From contig JBFWNL010000005.1 in assembly GCA_050251055.1 (NCBI GenBank), positions 192,001 to 256,000 on the forward strand: a stretch of 64,000 nucleotides of DNA, written 5' to 3'. Positions 8,772 to 18,910 of the stretch are shown piece after piece; position 1 is the stretch's first letter; every line of letters begins with the position of its first letter. Both the position numbers and the translations under genes were made by a program. Under the pieces are notes generated by a model. That model was not told where the DNA came from. It saw only the letters and a list, made by a program, of their open reading frames with translations, and made no database searches. Origin of the DNA: Bacteriovoracia bacterium (GTDB lineage Bacteria > Bdellovibrionota > UBA1018 > JBFWNL01).

Positions 8772-11700
8772 TCACGTGGGCCGACGACTCCGAACGCGAT
8801 GGGAACGAATCCCGCCTCTACGACCGCCGGAGCGTTCGCGGGGAGGATAAAGTTATTTTGTGCGGGCGCGACGAATCCTGGCTCGATGGCAAGTGAGTGG
8901 CCCGAGTCCATTTTCACGCGGATCTCATCGACATAGGTTTGCGAGGTCGGCAGGTCGAAGGAGAAGTAGGCGTTGAAATCGGCGTAGCCAATCAGAGAGT
9001 GATCGCTTTCAAAGTTCACGGGCCGACTTTCCTTGACCGATGAGTATACGATATTATGGGTAAACCAGTTGCCGGAAGGGATAAAGCCTAGGCCGGGTAT
9101 GATATTCGCGCTGGCATTCAGTCCGTACTGCCCGGATTCTGCGAAGATATTGTTCGTGATGCCGTTGCCGATACTTCGATGTAGGTTCATCGCCATGCGT
9201 CCGACGCCGTAAACGAGATTATCGCGCACGAGGAAGCCTTCGGAAGCTTCGTCTAAGTAGATGCCGGCTTGACCCTGGGCCGGAATCCAACAGGCGTAAA
9301 GGGCGGCGTCCAGATTGGCGGTTCCCCAAGCTTGCGCCGCTTGATATCCGTGAGGACATCCTTCCGTTTGGGTGATCGTGTTTACATAGACGCTTTGATG
9401 GCCGCGGCTGTACATTCCTCCGAACTGAAAATCGGCCACCTGGGTGGGCGTCGACGGGCGGTAACAGTAAAAAAGCGGCCAGTCGAGATTTTGGGTGCCG
9501 AGCGCTTGATGTGCGAGGTAACCCGTCGGACAACGATCTGTGCGGGTAATGGGGTTGGGGTGGATTACGACTTGCCCGTTGCTCCATCCGTAGCCGTACA
9601 TTCCGCCGAAGTCGTAGAGGGATGCGACCCCGGGCACGTGCGGACGCTGGCAGTAGTAGAGCGCGTGATCTTGGTTGTAAGTCCCTGCCGCCGCGGTTGC
9701 GGTATAGCCGCTTGGACAGCTGGCTTGCCCCGTGGCAGGATTCACGATCGGCGCGCCCCCGACGGTGTGCCCCCACATCCCCCCGAAATCGAGCCAATTG
9801 GCTTCAAGCTGCGGATCGAGCTTACGCACGTCGAATACGATGTTTTTTCGAATAATGCTCCCCGCCTGGGTACCCAAGGTGTAGATGCCGGCGCCATCCC
9901 GCAGTTCGCGCATCACGCGGAAAATACGGTTATTTTCGATGACCTGACTGCGCGCAGAAGTCACTTCGGGTCGCCAACGCCAGCCCACCGAGATGCCACT
10001 GTAAGGGCCATCGTGAATTTGGTTGTGGCTGATGGTCGCGTGATCGGTGATGAGAGCGGCGATGCCCACGCCTTCGCGGTACACGTGCCCGAAATGATGG
10101 ATACGATTGTCAGAGATTACATTGTCGATTGAAACGTCGTTGCTATTGCCACCTCCGATTTGGACGCCGCCGCCGGCGGCGTCGGTGATTTCATTGCGCT
10201 CGATCTTCAAGTCCCGACCGTACCCGTAGATCGCGTATCCACCTCCGACCCCACGAATCACGTTCCGACGAAATCCGATCTGGCGCGCGAAGCTGAAGGA
10301 AACGGGGCGCTCTTGTCCAGCGGCCGCCGCGGCTTGGCTTCCGGGGGCGCCCGTCGTGGGATTAAACCCCCAGTCGGAGTATTGAAAAGTCATATTCTCC
10401 CAGTTCAGATTGGAAACGAATTGGTAGGGAGGGTTGCCATTGCCTTGCATCAGGACGAATTCACGTAAAATGGGAACCAGTACTTGCATCGTCGTGGGAT
10501 CCTCGCCCGTGCGGGGCCAATACGAGAGCGTCCGGGAAGCAGGATCGAAATGCCATTCGCCAGGACTATCCAGGAAAGCTAGCGAGTTTTCGAGATAAAA
10601 ACGCGCGGGCCCGAACCAGTTAAAGGCGTTGTAGTTGAAGGCCGGCGAGGTTCCCGGATCGCCCATGACTTTGGCGAACGTGCCCGTGATTTGGGTGATG
10701 ACGTAGCGCGATTGCATCCATTCGTTGTTGGTGACGAGCTCGGTCTTTCCGGGGATCACATTCAATGCGGGCACGGCTCCTAGTCGGTACTTTAGTCCGC
10801 GAGCTTGGTTGGGCGCATCGAGCGGGCCGAGCGAGGGGAGCCAGCCCACGTTGGGAAAACGCGAGCGGATTGCCCGACGACCGTTGACGAAGAGGGAGCG
10901 GAAATCTTCGGGATAGACGCTCTCGGGTACGCGCACTTGGTAGATCGCGGGATTTGTCGGAGAGGGTTCAAAGCCACTAATGGATTTGGCGCCGGTCCAG
11001 CGCACCCATTCGCCGGGATAAGGTTGGTAAGTGATGGAATAGGAATCCGAGCCGGAGTCCAAGCTGGAAAGCGCGAAGACAGAAGTACGCAGGTAGTCTC
11101 CGCCCCGCACCACTACCTTAACGGGACGCGTGAGCGTGCCTTCGGCTTTGAGCGCGCGAATGGCGTCACGCGCGCGCTCAAGCGTCGCGAAGGGACCGTC
11201 GTTGACGGGATTACCTATCGGCGCAGGGTGTCTCCCGCTCCACGCGTCGTTCCCATTTTTCGCTACGAAGTACAAGGTATTGAGTTGGCTCACGGAGGCG
11301 GCAAGTGATCGCGAGCGTACGCAATATTTTAGCGAGTGATCCTTGCCTACGGTACCGAGCGTGGCCCACATGGAAAAGCCTATGGGGCAGCTGGGGGTAC
11401 CGATCGCCGGGTTAGGGTAGGCACCACCCTGCCGGTTTCCAAAGACTCCGCCGAAATCGTAACCCGAAAAGTCCAAAGACGCGGTCGCAGGGATATGGGG
11501 GCGATAACAATAGAACACTGGCCAGTCGAAGCCGCTGGTTCCGAGGATCTGTCGTTTCATGAACCCGTCCGGACACGATTCGCGGCCTGTGGCCGGGTTG
11601 GGATAGGCCCGACTTTCTCCGATCCAGTTTCCCCACGGAGTGTTGCCCGCGCCGTTTGCGTAGCCGAACATACCACCGAAGTCAAAGAACGGGGCCGCGC

Positions 11701-11917
11701 CCGCGGAACGTTGGCAAAGGTAAATCGCCCGATCAAGACCGGGAGTTCCAAATACCTGGGAAGGAGCATATCCGGCTGGACAGCTTTCCGCGTTTGTCGC
11801 GGGATTGGAATAGCCGGGTCCGTACATACCGCCGAAGTCCCAGTTCGCTTGCACGTTGTTCACAAAAACATACACAAAAATCTGCGCAAAGAGCGCACGT
11901 CTCAAGATTTTGCCCAT
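8768..11917 (-). CDS. Secreted right-handed parallel beta-helix protein (GH141-like) with six Cys-containing FGG repeats
   Basis: YFVAKNGND...GPFATLERARDAIR, FYLENSLAFLDSPGEW, YSGISVGW, DGAGIYTLG, GIYLDE motifs; signal peptide from ATG 11917. Confidence 0.85.
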   Translation of the reverse strand: MGKILRRALFAQIFVYVFVNNVQANWDFGGMYGPGYSNPATNAESCPAGYAPSQVFGTPGLDRAIYLCQRSAGAAPFFDFGGMFGYANGAGNTPWGNWIGESRAYPNPATGRESCPDGFMKRQILGTSGFDWPVFYCYRPHIPATASLDFSGYDFGGVFGNRQGGAYPNPAIGTPSCPIGFSMWATLGTVGKDHSLKYCVRSRSLAASVSQLNTLYFVAKNGNDAWSGRHPAPIGNPVNDGPFATLERARDAIRALKAEGTLTRPVKVVVRGGDYLRTSVFALSSLDSGSDSYSITYQPYPGEWVRWTGAKSISGFEPSPTNPAIYQVRVPESVYPEDFRSLFVNGRRAIRSRFPNVGWLPSLGPLDAPNQARGLKYRLGAVPALNVIPGKTELVTNNEWMQSRYVITQITGTFAKVMGDPGTSPAFNYNAFNWFGPARFYLENSLAFLDSPGEWHFDPASRTLSYWPRTGEDPTTMQVLVPILREFVLMQGNGNPPYQFVSNLNWENMTFQYSDWGFNPTTGAPGSQAAAAAGQERPVSFSFARQIGFRRNVIRGVGGGYAIYGYGRDLKIERNEITDAAGGGVQIGGGNSNDVSIDNVISDNRIHHFGHVYREGVGIAALITDHATISHNQIHDGPYSGISVGWRWRPEVTSARSQVIENNRIFRVMRELRDGAGIYTLGTQAGSIIRKNIVFDVRKLDPQLEANWLDFGGMWGHTVGGAPIVNPATGQASCPSGYTATAAAGTYNQDHALYYCQRPHVPGVASLYDFGGMYGYGWSNGQVVIHPNPITRTDRCPTGYLAHQALGTQNLDWPLFYCYRPSTPTQVADFQFGGMYSRGHQSVYVNTITQTEGCPHGYQAAQAWGTANLDAALYACWIPAQGQAGIYLDEASEGFLVRDNLVYGVGRMAMNLHRSIGNGITNNIFAESGQYGLNASANIIPGLGFIPSGNWFTHNIVYSSVKESRPVNFESDHSLIGYADFNAYFSFDLPTSQTYVDEIRVKMDSGHSLAIEPGFVAPAQNNFILPANAPAVVEAGFVPIAFGVVGPRD

Positions 11918-12169
11918 CTTTGATCTCTCTCTTGAGCACGAAAGGAGCAAGGGGGGTGCCAGCTTGAACTGGCTTGTGCGAAGGCAGATGGAAGATCGTG
12001 GCTCACCGCTGCCTAAGGATCAAGCAGACGAACAGCTGACGCTACGTTCGTCGGGCGGGAGTGCCGTTTAAACGAATTGGCACGACCCAATCGACGACTC
12101 GCGATGAGGAAAGCTGGCTTCTGCTCAGAAAAAAATGTCCACACCTGTTCACGAGGGGATGGGAGGCGT

Positions 12170-13774
12170 CTAATCGCATTCGCGTAAATCGCTCGGGATC
12201 GTTTTCCGCCAGCTTCGGGAAGCACGGTATTTTCGATGGGAGGGTTCGCCGTCGGCGAAAAGCACGATCGTATACCCGTCGGCGGCCAAGCGAAAGCGAT
12301 CGCTTTGGGACATCTGGTAGCTTACGTCCACCCACGATTCATGGCCCGGCACTACGAGATCTGCGATTCGGTTCGGCTCCGTTGGCCAGCGTTCGGCGCT
12401 TTGTCCGCCGCGGAAATAGAACGTAGGGGAGAGAAGGTGCATTAAATCAGATTGGCGGGCTTCGGTGATGAAACGCGCTTCGGGGTATCGCGATCGCAGC
12501 ATTTCTAGCCAACGGAAGCAAGGCCAATCCACCCCGTTTGCGCCGGGAGGCTGGTAACAATAGGCGTCCAGTCCAATCTCACGGGCGCCAAGTTCATAGT
12601 ATGCGATGTCCATTTCCCGAAACGCTGCCGCCGTCGTAGATGGATCGGTCAGATTCAGGGGCGTGACTTCCGTGGGATTCCACGTGCGCATGATTTGAGT
12701 CGATCGTCCCCACCATAGCCCCAAAGAAACTTGCGTGGCTTCGCTCGCCGCTCGCAGAAGTGAGGCAGTCGCGTTCATGAGTGGAGTAAAGAACATTCCG
12801 GAGGCAAACTGAAACGGATAGTTGTAAGGCGATCGATCAAATAAACCAGAGGGAGCCCAAAGCATAGTCCGATGATAGCCGAGTGGCTCTTGCTCGCGCA
12901 GATGATTACTCCAGCCCAACCAACCTCTGCGGTCCGGACGCCGGGGGCCGTACGTGAATCCGCGGGGATTGTTTTGCACATCAATGTGGCCAGGTTCCGC
13001 GATCATGAACGGGAGCACGGGATCTCCGTCGCGTTCGTAGCGCACGGACCCGTATTTTTCACGAAAGTAGTCCCGGTAGGGGCGTAAGCCATGAATCCAT
13101 GGCTTGTTCACCGGGATTACACGAAGCGCGATTTCATAGTTTCGCGTTTCCCCCGGGGCGAGGTTTCCCTCGAGCACGTAGTCCATCACCCACTGCCGTC
13201 CATCTAGCCACCAGAGCAACACTGAAACGGGATGACGGTATTCCAAAAGCGGGTAGAGCAAGCTCGTAGCAAAGTGATAAGTGTCGCTCGAGATGACCTG
13301 GACCGGGCTGTAAGCATGATTGGGGTACTCCCATTCGGAGGCCAAGTAAAAAGGCTGGGTTGCGGAAGTCTGGGCCCGTTTCGGGCGCGCGTTCGCATAA
13401 CCCCCTACGTCCACGACCTTGATCTCACGCGGGAGTTGAATGCCGGAGATGCGGATGCTGCCGAGGGCGAGGGGCATTGATTCAGGATTCCGCAAGGTGA
13501 CTTCTGCGTTTACGCCATTCGGTACTTTACGGAAGCGGACATTCGCTTCGAGCTGTGTAATCGCGAGCGGATCCCGCGTCGAAACGATTGGGAGATTTCT
13601 TCGGCCCGTCGTATCGTGGAGAGAGAAGGTTTGGGGACCGTTGGAGTCGGTCTCAAGGCGTAGGGAGAGATAGGTTTGCGCCGGTTGACCGCAACCTACG
13701 GCGGCCTGGCTGACGGCGGGAAGCGCCCATCCTCCCCAGATCGCTATTAGTGTAAACCAAAGCACGCTCGGCAT
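12170..13774 (-). CDS. Secreted hypothetical protein, possibly glycoside-hydrolase-like
   Basis: Long ORF; signal peptide from ATG 13774; aromatic-rich, with IGLD and FITE motifs. Confidence 0.65.
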   Translation of the reverse strand: MPSVLWFTLIAIWGGWALPAVSQAAVGCGQPAQTYLSLRLETDSNGPQTFSLHDTTGRRNLPIVSTRDPLAITQLEANVRFRKVPNGVNAEVTLRNPESMPLALGSIRISGIQLPREIKVVDVGGYANARPKRAQTSATQPFYLASEWEYPNHAYSPVQVISSDTYHFATSLLYPLLEYRHPVSVLLWWLDGRQWVMDYVLEGNLAPGETRNYEIALRVIPVNKPWIHGLRPYRDYFREKYGSVRYERDGDPVLPFMIAEPGHIDVQNNPRGFTYGPRRPDRRGWLGWSNHLREQEPLGYHRTMLWAPSGLFDRSPYNYPFQFASGMFFTPLMNATASLLRAASEATQVSLGLWWGRSTQIMRTWNPTEVTPLNLTDPSTTAAAFREMDIAYYELGAREIGLDAYCYQPPGANGVDWPCFRWLEMLRSRYPEARFITEARQSDLMHLLSPTFYFRGGQSAERWPTEPNRIADLVVPGHESWVDVSYQMSQSDRFRLAADGYTIVLFADGEPSHRKYRASRSWRKTIPSDLRECD

Positions 13775-13866
13775 GGGCCCTCGGTGATAAAACCCCAGCC
13801 TAGGTCCCCACTGACGCGGCGATTTTTCATGGACAAATTTTAGCGGTCGGCGCATTCAGAGAGTCG

Positions 13867-14160
13867 ATGAATTCACGTGTGAATTGGCCTTCTTCTTTCC
13901 TCTGGATCGGGCGCATGGAGGGGATTTCACTCCTGCTTTTATTCTTTTTGGCCATGCCGCTGAAGTATCTGGCGGGCGAGCCCGCCGCGGTACGATGGGT
14001 GGGAGCCATTCACGGCGTGCTCTTTCTTGCTTATGTCTTCGCAGCCTTCAATCTCTCGGGGGCGCGGAGTTGGCCGGGGAGACTTCTGCTGATCTGCATG
14101 GTGCTTTCCTCGGTTCCCTTCGGTACTTTTTATTTTGAGCGAAAATACGGAAATCATTAG
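13867..14160 (+). CDS. DUF3817 membrane protein
   Basis: EGISLLLL...AMPLKY...HGVLF...PFGTF pattern. Confidence 0.85.
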   Translation: MNSRVNWPSSFLWIGRMEGISLLLLFFLAMPLKYLAGEPAAVRWVGAIHGVLFLAYVFAAFNLSGARSWPGRLLLICMVLSSVPFGTFYFERKYGNH

Positions 14161-14237
14161 TTTTTCTAGCATTAAGAAATCAACACATCGCTTCCATTCT
14201 CTCCAAAGAAGCAGGGCTTAATCTGGTCTCAGAGGAA

Positions 14238-14534
14238 ATGGTCGATGAATCACTCAATTACGTCTACTCTGAAGCCCCCGATAGCTTTCACTCGTTTACC
14301 CGGGTGGACCACTCGCCTAGGGTTGTTTGCTTTGATGTTTGGGTGCCTATTTCTCCAGGACATGGGACCTCGGGAGGCAAGGTGGCTGTCCGGTCGGCCG
14401 TCAAGCATTTGGCGCAAGTGAGTGCGCCAAACGAGGCCCCAGCGCTCCAGGGGGTGTTCTCGCCGAAGTTGGTGGCTCGGCTACGTGAACTGGCGGCTGA
14501 CCGTCGAATTTTCGTCGCCGTTGGATCTAGATAA
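14238..14534 (+). CDS. Hypothetical protein
   Basis: GAGG RBS plus ATG; fills the gap between two + strand genes. Confidence 0.45.
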   Translation: MVDESLNYVYSEAPDSFHSFTRVDHSPRVVCFDVWVPISPGHGTSGGKVAVRSAVKHLAQVSAPNEAPALQGVFSPKLVARLRELAADRRIFVAVGSR

Positions 14535-14579
14535 GTCCGCGTTCTCTGGTTTCGTTGTAATTCCGCCGATAAGCAGCTG

Positions 14580-17231
14580 ATGGCGCTCGAGGCTCAATCA
14601 GGAAAGTATATCCGCTGGGCGGTTGCGATGACTGTGGTTTTGCTCACGGTGCCGGTCTTAGCGGGCTGGAATTCCGTCGACGCTGGATATCCATTCGCGC
14701 TTTGGTCCCGCATGCAGTTTAACACCGCTTTGGGATTGTTGTTTTCAGCGGGGTTTGTCGGTTGGACCGGACGGTTCCGGCACCGCGTGGTAGCGAGCTT
14801 CTCGATCGTGGTAGGTGCCTTAGGTGGACTTACGCTCATTGAATATGTGTTCGGAGTGAATTTTGGTATCGACGAACTTTTCCGTCGGGCCATCTCGTCC
14901 ACGGTGGATGGCCACCCAGGTCGCATGGCGCCGAACTCAGCCGGTGCATTTTGTTTGCTGGGATTGGCGGGTTATTTCGTCAGCCGGGAGATACGCGCGA
15001 CGAATCGGCCGGTGTCGTGGCGATCGGTACTCGCCGCGCTCGCCGCGTCCGCGGTCGCGGCAATCGGGCTCGTGACCTTGCTGGCTTTTGGTTTTCGTTT
15101 TGCAGATGGCGCGGATATCGCGTCCTACGCGCGGATGTCCGCACCGACGGCGTTGGGCTTTGCCCTGCTAGGCGTATGGCTGGCCTTAGATATTTTTACA
15201 CGATTACGGCGATCGGTTTCTTCTACCGAGCACTTCCTTCCGGCCGTGGTGGCTTCCTCGATGCTTTTCCTCTCGGTCCTGGTCTGGCAGCATTTATTGG
15301 CTCAGGAAGCGCGAATGATACGTACTGCCGTGGAGAACGCGAACAATAAGCATAAGGAAGAGATCCTCGAGTATTTGAAGCAAATCACCTATGCAATGCA
15401 GCGATACGCCGATCGAGTTGAGTTTCTAGGCACGAAAAATCAGCGCTACTTAGAGCTGGACAGTAAGAACTACTTGGCGGGCCTGCCGGTGTTAAAGCGG
15501 ATCGGCATCACCGATTCTCACTTTAAGGTGATCTGGTCCTATCCGCCGGAGCTGCGACATCAAGTAAGCGGTTTTGACCAATCGGGTGAGGACGTGCGGC
15601 GCGACGCTTTTATGGCGGCGCGGGAAAATCGGATCCCGACCCTGAGCCGAACGGTCGAGCTTCGTTCAGGGGGATTTGGACACCTTCTGCCAGTTGCTTT
15701 GTTCCCCGGGGGAGAATTCGCGGGAGCGGCTTATGCTACCCTACAAACAGATAATATTTTCGCCCAACGTCCGATCTCCCAAGACTTCCATTTACAGGTA
15801 CAAGAAGGTGGCCGCCGGGTTTTCAGCGAGGACGGTCGCACGCCGGCGGTGGTCGGTTTCGCCGATCGACTGGAGATTGCTTGGGGGCTGGCGCGGTGGG
15901 AGGTGGTGGCTATCCCGACGACCGCGTTTGTCGATAGCCGGAGTTCCGCGGCCCCGCATACTATTTTCGCGCTCAGTTTGTTTTTTTCCGCGCTATGCGG
16001 GTTCCTGTTGCGATCGGCCGCGAGGCTTCAGGTCGATCGGTTGAAGTCGATGGACCAGTTAGAACGTGCTTTGTATGACGCGAAGGCCGCCACCCGGGCA
16101 AAGTCAGATTTTTTGGCGACGATGAGCCACGAGATTCGAACCCCACTGAATGGAGTGATCGGCATGAGCAGCTTGCTGATGGAGACAAAGCTCAGTCAAG
16201 AGCAACAAGAGCTTGTGCATACGGTTTCTAACTCGGGTAAGACGCTGCTCAGCCTGATCAACGATATTTTGGATTTTTCCAAAATCGAATCTGGACGAAT
16301 GCAGCTCGAGGAAGTCGAGTTCGATGTCGCCGAAACGCTTCGGGAAATACTGAAACCGTTTGAACTCGCGGCGAAAGGTAAAAACATCTATTTTCGATTC
16401 GACGCCGATACCTACGGCCACCGTGTGATCGGCGACAGCGGGCGGCTGGGCCAAGTGGTCTCGAATCTGGTGTCCAACGCGCTGAAATTCACACCCCAAG
16501 GCAGCGTGCTGATCCGCTTGAATTTACGGGCGCTGGGGGACCGCACGATCATGCGCCTCGAGGTGACGGACACCGGAATTGGGATTCCGGACCAAGCTAA
16601 GAGCCGCATGTTTGAAGCGTTTTCCCAGGCGGAGCAATCCACCAGCCGGAAGTTCGGCGGTACCGGTCTTGGGCTTTCGATTTCAAAGCGTATCGTTCAG
16701 CTGATGGGCGGCACGATCGGCTTCCAAAGCATGCTCGGGGTGGGCACCACCTTCCGGGTGGAGTTTGCCTTCCGTACGGGGCAGGCCATCGCGCATTCTC
16801 CTTCCGGGGAGCCGTCGACGGTAGCGAGCTCCACGAAGCCGCTCGAGGGACGGGTGCTTGTAGCTGAGGACAATCCTACCAATCAGCTGGTGATTGCCCG
16901 CATGCTCGAAAAGTTGGGCTGCAAATATCACCTGGTGGCCAACGGTAACGAAGTGCTCGACGCGCTTCGCGAAGCTCCGTTCGACCTCATCCTGATGGAC
17001 TGTCAGATGCCCGACATGGACGGCTACGAGGCTACCCGGCTCATCCGCCAATCCTCGACGCTCAATCGCGCGATTCCGATCGTTGCCCTCACCGCAAACG
17101 CGGGCGTGGAGGACCGAGAGAAGTGCAACACCGTGGGGATGAACGATTTTCTAACGAAGCCCGTGGATCGGAAGGCGCTGGAGGCCGCGCTCCGACGTTA
17201 TCTCGCCGCCTCCGATCCGAAAGCCGCCTAG
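14580..17231 (+). CDS. Membrane hybrid histidine kinase/response regulator with CHASE-like sensor
   Basis: MSHEIRTPLNG H-box, NLVSNALKFT, DTGIG, GGTGLGL, receiver DLILMDCQMP. Confidence 0.95.
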   Translation: MALEAQSGKYIRWAVAMTVVLLTVPVLAGWNSVDAGYPFALWSRMQFNTALGLLFSAGFVGWTGRFRHRVVASFSIVVGALGGLTLIEYVFGVNFGIDELFRRAISSTVDGHPGRMAPNSAGAFCLLGLAGYFVSREIRATNRPVSWRSVLAALAASAVAAIGLVTLLAFGFRFADGADIASYARMSAPTALGFALLGVWLALDIFTRLRRSVSSTEHFLPAVVASSMLFLSVLVWQHLLAQEARMIRTAVENANNKHKEEILEYLKQITYAMQRYADRVEFLGTKNQRYLELDSKNYLAGLPVLKRIGITDSHFKVIWSYPPELRHQVSGFDQSGEDVRRDAFMAARENRIPTLSRTVELRSGGFGHLLPVALFPGGEFAGAAYATLQTDNIFAQRPISQDFHLQVQEGGRRVFSEDGRTPAVVGFADRLEIAWGLARWEVVAIPTTAFVDSRSSAAPHTIFALSLFFSALCGFLLRSAARLQVDRLKSMDQLERALYDAKAATRAKSDFLATMSHEIRTPLNGVIGMSSLLMETKLSQEQQELVHTVSNSGKTLLSLINDILDFSKIESGRMQLEEVEFDVAETLREILKPFELAAKGKNIYFRFDADTYGHRVIGDSGRLGQVVSNLVSNALKFTPQGSVLIRLNLRALGDRTIMRLEVTDTGIGIPDQAKSRMFEAFSQAEQSTSRKFGGTGLGLSISKRIVQLMGGTIGFQSMLGVGTTFRVEFAFRTGQAIAHSPSGEPSTVASSTKPLEGRVLVAEDNPTNQLVIARMLEKLGCKYHLVANGNEVLDALREAPFDLILMDCQMPDMDGYEATRLIRQSSTLNRAIPIVALTANAGVEDREKCNTVGMNDFLTKPVDRKALEAALRRYLAASDPKAA

Positions 17232-17301
17232 GCCGAAGGTAGGGATCTAGCGCAGTATCCGTTGGCAACTATTCACGCCCTAAGCGATAATCCAATCTCC
17301 T

Positions 17302-18666
17302 ATGCAGACCGAACTCACGCGCTGGAAAGCGCTTTTGAAAATGGCTTGGCCGCTCATCGTGGCCAATAGCTTTTGGAACATCCAGCTCACGATCGATCGG
17401 GTCTTTCTGGGCAGTTTCTCCACTGAAGCGTTAGGGGCCGCCATGGCGGTGATGGGGGTGTTTTGGGTCCCCATGGCCTTGCTTCAGCAAACCGCCAGCT
17501 ACGTCACGACTTTTGTCGCCCAATACTTCGGGGCAAACGAACATCAGAAGATCGGTGCCTGCTTGTGGCAGGCGCTTTACGTGAGCGTGGTCGGCGGCGT
17601 CCTCTTTTTGGCGTTCAATTTTTTCTCCGCGGGATTTTTCGAAAAGGTCGGCCATGCCCCGAGCATCCAGGCGTTGGAAGTGGAATACTTTAACGCCCTG
17701 GCTTACTCCGCCCTACCGACGGCGATTGTTGCCGCGGTCAGCGGATTTTACACGGGCTTGGGGAAAACGAGCATGGTGATGAAGATCAACTTCGTAGGCT
17801 TGATCTTCAACGTGATCCTCGACTACGCCATGATCTTCGGTCACTTCGGTTTTCCGAGGTTGGGCGTGGCCGGAGCCGGCTACGCGACCGCGATCGCCAC
17901 TTACTTTGGCGCCTTTTACGGACTATGGCGGCTATTCAGACGCGAGAACGAGGCCGCGTACCGCGTGTTTTCGGATCGGCGGTGGAATCCGCCGTTGCTT
18001 AGGCAGTTCCTGAGATATGGGCTGCCGAGTGGGCTCCAGTGGGCGCTCGAGGGTTTGGCGTTTACGGTCTTTCTCATCATCATGGGAAGGCTGCACAACG
18101 GGGAGGCCGCGCTTGCCAGCAGTAGTATAGCCGTGACCGTGATGATGCTTTCCGTGCTGCCCACCATGGGAGTGGCCCAAGCCGTCCTGACGTTAGTGGG
18201 GCAACGGATGGGCGAAAAGAGTCCCGACCGGGCGGCGGTTTGTACCTGGGACGGGGTGAAAATCTCGTCCATTTATATGGGAGTGATCGCGCTCACGTTT
18301 TGGCTCGTTCCGGAATTTTATCTCGCATGGTTCAAGAACGAGCAGAATCCCGCGCTGTGGGCCGAGGTTTCGCGGCTGGTGCCCACGTTGCTAAAGGTCG
18401 TGGGCGTGTTCACTATCTTTGACAGTATCTATCTGAATATTTCGTTCGCCCTGAAGGGAGCCGGCGATACCCGTTTTGTTTCCCTGGTCGCGCTCACCGT
18501 GCCTTGGCCGCTGATGGTGCTGCCCGCGTACCTGGTCAGCGGATACGATCGGGCCGTAGAGCTCGCTTGGATATTCGCCGTGGGTTACTCGATGACGACC
18601 ACGTCCATATTGTGGTTAAGGTTCCGGCAGGGGAAGTGGCGGAGCATGAGCGTAATTCAGATTTAG
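17302..18666 (+). CDS. MATE family efflux transporter
   Basis: About 12 TM; DRVFLG, LGVAGAGYAT, ALKGAGDT motifs. Confidence 0.93.
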   Translation: MQTELTRWKALLKMAWPLIVANSFWNIQLTIDRVFLGSFSTEALGAAMAVMGVFWVPMALLQQTASYVTTFVAQYFGANEHQKIGACLWQALYVSVVGGVLFLAFNFFSAGFFEKVGHAPSIQALEVEYFNALAYSALPTAIVAAVSGFYTGLGKTSMVMKINFVGLIFNVILDYAMIFGHFGFPRLGVAGAGYATAIATYFGAFYGLWRLFRRENEAAYRVFSDRRWNPPLLRQFLRYGLPSGLQWALEGLAFTVFLIIMGRLHNGEAALASSSIAVTVMMLSVLPTMGVAQAVLTLVGQRMGEKSPDRAAVCTWDGVKISSIYMGVIALTFWLVPEFYLAWFKNEQNPALWAEVSRLVPTLLKVVGVFTIFDSIYLNISFALKGAGDTRFVSLVALTVPWPLMVLPAYLVSGYDRAVELAWIFAVGYSMTTTSILWLRFRQGKWRSMSVIQI

Positions 18667-18857
18667 GGCTGCCCGTCCGCCTCGGCCATTTTTCTGAGCA
18701 CGAGGGTGATGGTGCGCGAATCCACCCTGGCTCGGCGCAAGAGCAACTCCGCGCGCCCAAAGTCGTCCGCGTCAATCGCCTCATAGAACGCGTCGACTTC
18801 GCCGATTTCCGCGAGCTTTTCCAGGATCAGGGTGCCTTCGAAATCCGTCTCGTCCAT
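18663..18857 (-). CDS. Small acidic hypothetical protein (64 aa)
   Basis: MDETDFEGTLILEKLAEIG... helical and protein-like; start trimmed to ATG 18857. Confidence 0.65.
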   Translation of the reverse strand: MDETDFEGTLILEKLAEIGEVDAFYEAIDADDFGRAELLLRRARVDSRTITLVLRKMAEADGQP

Positions 18858-18910
18858 AGGTTGCGAGTAAAAGTGTAGCGCAGCATCCTGGAGAAAGATA
18901 GGGAAGCGGA

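Noticed and set aside
9269-10132. 287-aa + strand ORF
   Set aside because: Antisense to the beta-helix gene; no RBS or motifs
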